64,000 nt of DNA. Origin: Perna viridis. Lineage: Eukaryota. The notes beneath the pieces were generated by a model. It saw only the letters and a list, made by a program, of their open reading frames with translations. It had not been told where the DNA came from and did no database searches. Position numbers and translations under genes: made by a program. Below, in pieces: positions 11,901 through 24,000 of the stretch (the first letter of the stretch is position 1; the number at the start of each line of letters is the position of its first letter). The stretch covers positions 63,075,597-63,139,596 of the forward strand of contig CM074512.1 of assembly GCA_037379345.1 (NCBI GenBank), read 5' to 3'.

Positions 11901-14321
11901 CTTTTGAACATTCCATGTAAGAAGAATCTTATAAGAATTAGAAATCAAATTTAAGACATTTATTTATAACAATAACAATATACAAAATTTACAGAAATAT
12001 ACAATCATTAAAAATATACAACAAATATCTAGGAAAGTCTTTACCATTTTTTTCTATATGAAAATGTTCAATATCATGCAATTAAATTAAGAAAAGGAGG
12101 GGTTGCACTCCAAGTATACATAATTGGAAGCATATCTAATGGATACTAGGACAGGCAATGGAGACAATCTTAGTATGAAAGTATCTTGGAAGGGTGTCCA
12201 GAGATTTTTGAAAAGGGTGATCCTGAGGTGTCCATAAAAAAGGGTTCCAGGCTTTTATTTGCTCACATTTTGCATGAAATTAATACAATGTTTTAACAAA
12301 AGGACGGTAGGGTTCATCCTCTTGAACCTTAACCTACACGTAAATCCATAACTGCAGTTCCCTAGTATTCTAGGATTTTTTTTATTACATAGATGCCATC
12401 AATCATAATACATGTACTAAGCTTTCCTACAGCAAATTCCAGGTTATTCAGATTTTTTATTTTTAATTTTCTAAAATAATATTTCATTGAACAGTTTCTG
12501 TCAAAGGATATCAACAACTTGGGAACTTTGGAAGTAAAATAACCTGGCTTCTATTTTGTAATGAGATAGTTGAATATTAAAAAAAAAAAAAAACTCAGTA
12601 AATTAAATTATGAAAAAAGCATGGTTTATTAAAGTTTCAAAAAATCCATTTGCAATAAATAAATAAAAAAAAATTTATGAAAATGAGCAAGGAACCACTA
12701 TTTATATAAATGTGACATGTAAAAATGTATGGACAAGAGGTCAAAGTTCAGGGTAAATATTGACCTTTACGTGACAGGAGGCCAGGATTGAACAACAGTA
12801 ATGAAAAAAGACAAAAAAAAAAAAACATCATTATCAAGTCATGACATCTTTTCATAAAATTGATTTTACATTATAATTCAGATTGTTTAGTCTACTGATC
12901 AATGATAAAAACAGGCAGACATGAAACAAAGTTCAAAGTTCAATATATAAAATAAAAAAGGTCAAGGTCCTATTTACACATTCTTTATACTTACTACTTA
13001 GCACTTTAAAGCTATCATTTAGATAAAGCACCACTACTCAGCATGTAAAGCTGTGCAAAATTTACATTTATATCAATAGTAAAAAGGGTATATATATCAA
13101 GATTTTCAGGGCTTCTAATCAGCTTTCAGAGCTAGGTACATGACTTTTTTTTCAAATTTCAAGTCAAAGGTCCTCTTAAAAATAATAGGTATTCAATAAA
13201 AAGCCAATGTAAGAAGCTGGAGGTCCAGGGCTTAGGTCAAAAAAAGAATTTAAATGTCCTGGTTCAGAAATTGAAAGTTCTGAACCTCAGACCACTGCTT
13301 ATTTAATCTCCGGATTTTTTTTTATATTTTACTGTCTGTATGTCTGTTATCACAACTTCCAGTGTTCAGATATGATGACGAGAGAGAATTATCATACCCA
13401 AATCAAGTGCAGCAAATACGTCTATGTATGGCTACCCGTTCCACATACTCCATAGTTTATATCATTGATTTTATGGAACTTCACAGTGATGCATATTTTC
13501 ACAGACAGCTTAAAATATTTTTTAAAAGTCAAATGAAAATCTGTCTGTTTACAATAACTATATTGAAAATTTGAATATCAATTAACAAGATATGCTTTAC
13601 AATCATTAATGCTAAGTTTACATTACATAATGCAATATGAAATTAACATACAATAATCAGCAGAGCATTAAAACCTATCTATTCAAACTGATAGTTTGAA
13701 TCTTTCATATATGGTTAACTGAAATTTGCAATATTTACATGATTGAGGTTTTTTTTTTATTTATTCATGTCTTTCAGGAGATTAATATTAGTTTTTATCA
13801 AAATTTTACCTGTATAAACCAAAAATAAAATAATCATTTCAAAAAACATTGTTTATAAGTTAATCATTTGTTGCCCAAGTTTGAAAACTACTCACATATT
13901 AACTACCCAGTATTTAAACTGGTACTTTCTAAATAGTAACAACTGTTACTGCAAAATAACTGACAGGGGGATGCCACTGTACATGTTATGACCTTATTAT
14001 AAGCCCCAGTTTTATGTTTGCAATGAATGAAAATAAATTGATATTTTAAACTAACAAAGAGAAATCTGGCATTCCATACTGTCAGCATTTGTTGCTGAAC
14101 CATTCTGGCTATCCATAAATTACAACATCAATCATGGAAAGCCAGTTAAGACAGTTTCATTCATTTTGAATCCATTTTCCAACTAAATATTCTTTACTGA
14201 AAACAACATAACATTTAATGCTGAACTTATTTGAAGGATTTAATTAGCTGTTTCACACTATAATCCCTATCCATTGTTAGTTCATACATTGCACTTGAAT
14301 CATGATGGAGGAAGGTCATAT

Positions 14322-14480
14322 TGTTAACAGTTGTCAACTTACTTTCCAATGTTACCATTTGTCACCACTTTCCACTGTTAACAGTGGTCATCACTTTCTG
14401 ATGTTAACATATGTCAACAGTTTCTGATGTTATCAGTTTTCAACACTTTCCAATATTAAAAGTTGTCAACACTTTCCAAT
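14322..14480. repeat. Degenerate 26-bp tandem repeat (~6 units) in the presumed MED12 3'-UTR
   Basis: Unit tgttaacagttgtcaacactttccaa. Confidence 0.8.
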
Positions 14481-14753
14481 ATGTCCATCCAAAAATTACA
14501 TTAACAGTCAACTTTGATACTGTGGTATCTGTCCATATCATAAATAACTGTCCATAAACTTGTCCATCTGCTAAATACATGCACTATATTACTGTAATGA
14601 CTGGCCATATTATTAAAGTTGATAGATATTTCCTCCTAAAATATAACCATCCATTAAATTCATCAATATTGCATTTTATTACTATAGTGGCAGTCAACAT
14701 AGTTAACAATTGTCAATAAGAACTCTCTCCTCCAAAATAAATGTCATTGCACT

Positions 14754-15045
14754 TTAATACTGTGGTGGCTGACCATACTGATTGTAAGTATTATTAGGCT
14801 GTTGACCTCCTCTAACCCCCATCTGTTGCTGAAGCTGGGCCATCAGTGCTGCTTGTTGTTGCTGTTGTGACTGTTGTTGTTGTGGCAACTGTTGAAGTCT
14901 CATTTGTTGAAGCCTCTGTTGTCGCTGTTGTTGGTTAGGAACCATACGTTGTGGCATGTATGACCCTTGACCTTGAGAGGTCATTCCCATCTGGTTGTAG
15001 CTGGACATGTTGTTCATCCCACCACTCTGCATGCCTGGCTGCATT
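14754..15045 (-). CDS. MED12: MED12 terminal exon 40 (Q-rich/OPA-like tail)
   Basis: ttgcag|MQPGMQSGG...[13 protein letters not shown]...QPPQY-TAA. Confidence 0.9.
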
Positions 15046-18000
15046 CTGCAAAGATAAAACATTGTTTGGTAATTTTTTCTACAGGAATTCAATGGGAAAC
15101 TCTTAACTTCTAAGACTTATAATACACAAAATACACATGTACATGTAGCTTTCCATAATCTAATATTCATATAATTTCATTACTCATTTATATATTAAAG
15201 AAAAACAATTACCATGTGTATCATTAATTCGTCAATTTGCATGTGCTACTTAAATTAGAAACAATAAACACAATAAAACAGACTTGGTCAGTACTTAGAT
15301 TTATCAGTACTTCTCCGTCTAAAATTTGGGCAAAATGTGTACATGTGGCACATGAAGGAAAAAATACGCAGAGATTTTATTGTATTAACCAAGTATTTAT
15401 ACCTGATACCTCTCAAGAAATAATCATCAAAGTGTTTGTAAAATTTGCCTTTTTTAGATATCGATAGGTTAAATTTAGTTGAAATGCACTATGGAAAAAT
15501 GGCAGGAAAATTTTCCCACACTTTTTTCTTATGTAAGCAGTCAAAAAATATCTATGTCACAGATGGTTCAGGATAAATTTAAATAACGTTTCAGTTGTTT
15601 TCTGGATGTATTGAATATATTTTAGGCAAAAAAAAAACCAAATTGAGAAATATAATGTGCCACCCATTGCCCGATTCTTACACAGAATGGTACATAAATC
15701 ACACTTGTATATTACATTCTTATGGCAATGCATTTCACAATTAATGTGTTGATAAAGTAGAATTTGCGACATTTATTGAAGACAGCATACATCAAAAGAG
15801 TGAATCTTTTTAATTTGCCATTAATAGACATTCTACTGTACAGATTAATTTAAAATATATTTTTAAAAAATTCACTTTATTTTAGGGATTTAGCGCTAAA
15901 CTAACACCTTGGGAAATAAGATATGTCATTACTTGTCTGTAAGAGCAAATAATTTTCTACATTATTTTTAAATAGTATGCTGATAATAAAATAATCTTTG
16001 AGACAAAGTAGTTTGTTTTTCCTCTAGGTGGCATCAAGCATTTAAGTACAATATCACCAAAATTATGGGGTTAACAAATGAGCAAGATAAAAAGTAATGA
16101 AGAAAAATTCAACCATTTAATTCACAGTATAACTTAAGAATTAGATCTTAAACAAATGATCTGAACAGATTATTCCATTGAGTGCAACCAAAGTGTCTAC
16201 ATTGTGCAAACAAGAAATGCCTAATGGTGAAAACCCTTTTAAAGTAGTAGTCTTTGTAAGAATCATGCAAATTCTGTAATATGTGATGCACCCTCAAAAA
16301 GGCTACACATTTTTATTTTTGTTATTAAGTTGCTTTATAGGTCTAGTAATGAAATGTATAATAATCCATTCCAACCTGTCTGCTCTTAGGAGATAATACA
16401 AATTGAAAATCCAACAGTTTCTATTGTATTTTAGTGTCATTTAGAGAGTTACCTCCCTTAATTTAGAATTCTACATAATTTGCATCTCCTAAGAACAAGA
16501 GTTGTATGAAAAGCCACATGTTAATTCCTGTTAACTATAACATTTTAAACAAAATATCAAAAATAAAAATGTATAGGCTTTCCAACCATGCATCACATTC
16601 TGCATGATTCTTAATTGGAGTGCTATTTAACTATTTAAATGACCCACCTTGTATTAAACTGTTGTTGCTGAGACATATAACCCTGTTGATTACCCATTTG
16701 CTGCATCATATTAGGATTCTGGGAGCCTTGATATGGTTGGTTGAATCCCTGAGATATCATCTGGTTCCCTGCCATATCTCCTCCTGTTGCTGGCTGTGGG
16801 CCCATGTTATACTGGTTGTAATTCTGCGACATACCTGCGGAAATACAAGAGCATGCACAAAATTCTGAATTTGGAGTTAATTTGTGTTCTGAGATTTTTG
16901 CAGTTTCTTTCACCCAGTCAAAAACTTGATATTAATATGAATCTACTGGTGCTGAAAAAGAGTGTCAGTCATTCTTACTGCAAATTTGTTTCTCAGGAAG
17001 TTGTCTGAAACTTTCCTGGAGGCTACAACCTACTGGCAACCCCTATTCACCTAACTGACTCATATGCATACTTTTATACCAGTCTAAGGGTACATGTATA
17101 TCATCATTCTAGGTTGGAATTTATCCATCTTTTCTTCAGAAACCCATTCCTAACTTACCAGGTTGTTTCATGGTGTTAATGCACATCTCTCTTTAGAACA
17201 ATTCTAACAACAATATGACAATTTTCCCTGTACTTTGTCTGATCAGTCTCCCTTTTTCCAAAAATCCCATTCAAAACATACCAGGTTACTATTAAAGTAT
17301 TATTGTTCATGGGGAACCAATTTTCGTGGTATTCGTGGGTCTGGTAAACCACAAAATTTGGTTCCCAATGAAGAGGAACTTTCCTAGTCGTTCATGTGAT
17401 TCAATAATACATAAACTGATATATTTTCCCTAAACCACTAAAATTGATACCCAGGAATAAAAGTACCTTCACAGTAGTTTATGGACTGACTGGCCCTGGA
17501 AACATAACATCCATCACCCTCATCTCTTTTTATCATTTAAACCAATCCCTACTTATCAGGCTGATTCATCGGCATCTGTCTCTGGAACATCCCAGGAGGC
17601 ATATCCCCTACCTACCCCCTCCCAGTGCATTACTAAAACTGATCCCTACTCACCAGGCTGATTTATGGGCATCTGTCTCTGGAACATCCCTGGAGGCATA
17701 TCCCCTACCTACTCCCTCCCAGTTCATTATTAAAATTAATCCCTACTTACCAGGCTGATTCATGGGCATCTGTCTCTGGAACATCCCTGGAGGCATATCC
17801 CCCATCCTTTGTCGGATTTGTGCCCTAACCATGTGTGATTTCTGTTGTTGCATCATCTGTAGCTGGTTATAGGGGGCCTGATTATTCCCTCCCATACCAT
17901 AAGCATTGTTCCCTCGTGTCCTTATCATAGTTTGGAGGGCAACCTTTGGTGAATTATAAGGTAAGCCATGTCTTGGTCCTGGAAACACAAAACATGAAAG

Positions 18001-21000
18001 TTTTTAAAACAGTGCTCAAGAATTGTCTGTTTACTTTTTTATTTTACTTTGGGTTATTAGACATCAAAATTCATTTTTCTTATCCTACATGTAAAAGAAT
18101 ATACAGAACAATTCAGAACTGATTTCAGAAGGTCAAGAAAAATAGCAGAAACTGGCAAAATTGAAAGTTAATATTCAGTTAAAAAAGAACCATAAAATTA
18201 GGATTTGAAAAGCAGAAGAAAATCAGGTCAGAATATAACTTTCCCTTGGATAAATTTTAATTCCTCAATGAATGTAAAATCAGGATTCTAGATGTGATTT
18301 TTGAGCTTATCTCATGCCATTTTAAGTAAAACATTATTTTGTTTGAGTAATTCAAACACCAGAAAAACTTAGATTTTAATAGGTACATTACAATTTACAT
18401 TACCTAAGGGCTATTCCAGAAATAAACATATTAAGGGGGGTGGGAATTAATTTTTAATTGGACCTCACCATGCATTCTAATTGATTATTTTCTTTTAACA
18501 CTATCTAAATTAACAACCACCCATCAGACATTAATACAGCTGCCTCCCAACTGCCTTCACAATTAATTCTGGAAAACCTCTCATTAGCATCTTGTTGTAA
18601 TTTCATGTACATGTATATCAACATGCTGTTTAATTTAAACACCTTTGTTGGCAAAGACTTCATTACACAAAGACATGTGTAAGTGTATTCAGGTTTACAT
18701 GTATAGAAACTGATAAAGTTTTCACAACACAAGCAGTTTAAGATATATTTCTAATTAGTCTGGACAAAGTTTCGATAGGATGATCATTTAATCAATGATG
18801 AACTTTTCAACCACAAGCTGCATTGGAAATGTTACCCCAAAACATTAATATATGGTAACTACATGTGAAGTTCAACATTACTCAGGAACTCTACAACAAA
18901 TTTACTTTATGAGACTGATAACCTTCTTACCTGGAGGCATATTTGGTGAGTAGATATTTGGTGGCGGCTGTGGTTGCATTCCCCATACAGATGGTGGTCG
19001 TGGTTGGTAGTCCATTCCACCATACAGTGATGTCTGAGAAAAAGCATGGTATGTGTAATATACATGTACTATTTAAAAAAAATGTGTTCAAATACATTAA
19101 AACATAACCAAAATAGATTATACATGTACAAGATATGTTAAGACTGCATCACATAGAGAAGTATTGTAAACCAATTTATTTTCAGAATTGATTTTTGTAA
19201 GCAAGGTAAAGTTGCGAAAATAAAATGCTATGAACATGATGAATAGTTCTTTCATTGCAGAATAATATTAAACAGAGGGTTTGTCAGAAAAAAAAATTGT
19301 AGCAAATTGAATTGATATCATGAAACAAAAAAAAATAAGTATTCCCAAAAATAAGTTGGTTGATAGAAATATGCAAACGTTGTAGACCATTTCAAAAAAG
19401 TCATAAGTGTAAAAATAAGTTGTATTAAAGTTATGACGTTATAATGCTTTTTCTATTATGACATCATAACTTACGACAAATTTTATAATAACGATTTTTG
19501 TGAAATGACATTATTATATGAAGAGTTAAATAAGATTTTGGTTGTACAACCACAGGAGGTTCAAAGTGAAGATGCATCCTGTCACACAATCACTAAAATA
19601 TAAGGAAAATGAAAGAACAAAATGGGGTTTCTACAGAAATATACTATAAATATTTACCTGCATGTAAGAGCTACCACTACCACTGTTGGTACGTTTAACT
19701 TTAACCCTTTTCTTTTTCTTGTTGTCTGTGGGGGCTGACTCTGATTCTTTTGGTTTATCATCCTGAAAATACATGTACATGGTTTATCATCCTGAAAATA
19801 CATGTACATGGTTTTTCATCCTGAAAATACATGGTTTATAATCCTGAAAATACATGTATTGTACATGGTTTATCATCCTGAAAATACATGTACATGGTTT
19901 ATCATCCTGAAAATACATGTACATGGTTTTTCATCCTGAAAATACATGGTTTATAATCCTGAAAATACATGTACTGTACATGGTTTATCATCCTGAAAAT
20001 ACATGTACATGGTTCATCCTGAAAATACATGTACATGGTTTATCATCCTAAAAATACATGAAATGCTTGTTTTCTATTGACCAGTGAAAGTCTACATGCA
20101 TTTTCAAGTATTCTACTTTCAGTTTATTTTGCACATCCTTTGAAATGAACTACATAAGTACTGTACAGGACAACATTAAAAGTTAATTTGAATGTAACCA
20201 TACTATAAACAACTGAAGAAACATCTACTGAAATATGTAGCTGGAGAGGAAACTGAAGAAGGCCGATGATCGAAATGTTTTTCACAGGATGAAAAAGACA
20301 ATTTAGAACAGAAACATTCCATAAGGAATTTGAAAACAATACCAAAAGGGACAAAAAAATGGAACTTGACCAACATATGAATGACTTTTACCTTGAATCT
20401 TTCATTCTAATATTTTTAATTTGGTTTTTATAAGACAAACCACATCTTATATACAAAAAGGATGTATACACAAGAAGGTCCTCATATATTAATGTTACAT
20501 CCATACCCTATGCAAAGTCATTATTTTACAGACATGATATGATTGAAAGTTTTATCCAGAAAGGTTAATTTTCATAATCATTGCAGACAGATTATGCAAC
20601 AATACCTCGTTTCTAATGGTAGAATTTGATTATTAAACTCATCTCAGATTTCATGTATTCACCTGTTTTTCCTGAGGAGGTTCCAGATCTTCAGGAGGTA
20701 AGTTTGGAGGTTCAAGGAAATAACTCAGACTCTTCCTTAAGGAGTGTGTATGGTAGAGGAGTAACCTGAAACAATCAAACACTATGGTCAACACTTTCTT
20801 CAAATACACCAAAGTCTTCTAAGCTTAAACGAATTTTTTACATGTGTAGTCTACACCAAACCCTGAATAGTTCGTAAATCTGTGTAAACCAGACACTTTT
20901 AAATGTCCCTTTAGATCAAATTAAATGTATTTTGGACCGGTGAAAACCAAATGTGATAATTTAAAGTCTAAATGGGATTTGCATTAGACAGATTTCACAG

Positions 21001-24000
21001 TAGATGGTTAGTATTATCATAAGAGCTTGTTTCCTTGGTTATACATATTTGTAACTCCTATAATTGTTTCATGTTTTTTTTCTGTATCCAAACCCTAGAC
21101 TACAGCTAATTTAGAAAGTTTTAGAATTGTAAAAAAATATGACAGGGACGATTTTACAAGGTCAACCAGGAAAGCCGAAATTTGCAAATACAGTAAAAAA
21201 AGAATTGTAAAGGTAAAATCCAGATTTGAAATAGCAGAATTCTGCTAAAGAGCAGGGGAAAAAAATTATCACTGAAATGTCAGGGGGATTTCAATAATCA
21301 TAACTTGTTTTTTTTTTTAAATTGGCATTTAGGTATAAAATTACAAAAATTGTAACAATACATGTAAATGTACACAATACACAAAATCTCTGAAGTGAAA
21401 GTATGTGTTTATCACAAGGAGACATTGTACATTTTATTCTATAGTTGTACCTGTGTTGTTCTTCATATTTCAAAGGCTTCTTCTCCAATCTAACAGCACC
21501 AAAGAAAGTCCAGGAGAGGGAAGGGGGATACTTAAATCCCTCTATCACCTCCCAGGGACTTATCTTCTCCTTCTTGGAGACTTGGAATCCCTAAAACACA
21601 ATAAATATTGCTATAACTCACAATAATAAATAAAAAGACTGGCCAAGAAATTAAGGAAAAACAAAATACATGTATTGAAAAGACTTAAAAATTTATAATT
21701 AGAAAATAATGGTGTTTGACAATTATCAAATACTTATATAACTTGTTACTCACCTGTTTCTTGCCAAATCCATCATATTTATTGCCTTTACTATCCACCT
21801 GTGTACCATGCGGTTCACATACAATAACATCATAATATCTCTTAGGCAAGGGAAGTAACTGGCGGATTTTATCTAATGATTCAGACTGGAGCTTGTCACT
21901 AAATTCTTTCTACAATTATAAGATGAAGAAATCATGATAAAAAATTGTCTGATGATTCTGGAATTAAACAAATAAATTAAATGGCTATTGATAAATAACT
22001 TGAAAAATGTAATTTCGGACAAAGTATACATGAACATGAATTTTGTATAAGTACTGAACTAAGATGAATCTAATGTTCTGAGTTTAGTGGATGAGTCCAG
22101 TAAGAGAAAAATAAATTCATTTCAGAGATAACAGTAATGTATTTATGATATTGAGGGGTCAACAACGGGTTTTAAGTTACAAATTAAGTTTACTGGCAAA
22201 GGCTCAGTCAGTAAACAGCTGTGACCATCTATAAAGTTATCTACACTCTAATGTACATGTAGGTGTAAAAAACTCTTACAATTGCTATTAAAAAAATCAA
22301 ATTAATATCTACACATGCTTTTATTAAAAACCTTGAGGAAATCAATCTTACCATTGACACTCTGAAATTTACAATATCAAATGAAAACCAACTTTTCCAA
22401 AAAAAACAAATTGCATTAGAACTTTATATCTATCCTGTTATCCATAAAAACGTACTCTAAGTTTCTTTATAAGAGCAGTATATGCCTTGGTATTCTCTTC
22501 ACCTTTCTCCATGCTATCATTCACCAGAGTACCATGTATCAGAACACACAACATGTCCAGTATGTTGGTAAATAAGTCACTGTAAATATATATGTTATGG
22601 GTAGAAACAAACAGTTTTTACAAGAAAATAATATTAGAATAAAATGGCCATAACTTCCATACATAATAATTGAACCTGACCTGAATCAAATGCTTCACAG
22701 CAGAAGTTAGAAAGATTCAGTCATATGGTTCTTAATATACATGTCTCATACTAAAACCCAATGTAAGAGATGAACAGACAAACTGGTATGAAGATCATCG
22801 AAATCTTGTTAGGCTTCTGTGTTATTTAAATAGCTCTCTAGGTAGAAATCTGCCCTGCTTTATACCAGTGTATAATACTTTAGCACCTGTGCAGCCTTTT
22901 GGACACTGTCTTCCAAGTTGTAATATCTGTAAATTATGATAAGACTTGTCATAAATAATCCAATAATTGACAGCTATTCAAACTTGAAAGAGAGTGTCCA
23001 AAAGATCACACAGGTGTTGTGTTATAATGAAGTAGTGCAGATTTCTACCCAATATATCTAAATAAATCAGATACTTTACTAGATTTGTATGAAATCAGTA
23101 TCACTCTATTTCAGATTGCTGTAAAAGTTTAGAACCAGTTTACTATGACAACTTACTTATTTGACTGAGAATCCACAATACCAACAGTAACAAGTTGTAG
23201 GAGTAGGAATGTCCAGTCTGTAGTGTTAGTATTGTTCCTCTGTATTGTATCAAACATACCACCAACCTAAATAAAGGGGAGGTAACCTTTATAGTACCTA
23301 AACATACCACTAACCTAAATAAAGGGGATAAACTTTACAGTATATAAAACAGACCACCAACCTAAATAAAGGGGAGGTAACCTTTATAGTACATACACAA
23401 ACATACCAACAATCTCCATAAAGGAGAGGTTACCTTTTTAGTACATAAGTCTCACAAACCACTTCCGGGTCAAATGGCCACCCCACTATGTAGTACCAAA
23501 AACACACTGAACCTAGACCTATGCATTGTAAGTGCATTATTTGTGTATATTCTAATTAAAAGTAGTCAAAATAAAGCTGAGAATGGGTACTTTAAAATCA
23601 TATACAGTCCTTGAACTGATCCGTGCAATGATTTGATAGATCGATGACCGTGGACTGATTGATCACTGACTGATCAATGACCGATGACCGGTGACCAATC
23701 TGATTGCACTTTCGTTATGCAAAATGATGTAAGATCGGTCTCAAATAAAAGAAGTGTAAAATAAAAGTATAAATTGATTTTTAAATCTATTACATTATGT
23801 AATTATGTGTACAATTGATAACGAAAACAACAAAAAGTGTAAAAACATTGACCGCTCTGTAATCACGTGATGCAATCACCAGTTAAATGGATCGGTTTGA
23901 CGGATCGATGACTGACTGGAAACTGATCGGTGATCGATGAACGATCACAATTTTTGTTGCTTGGATTGGTTCAGGTACTGTATGTAATTTACTACAAAAG

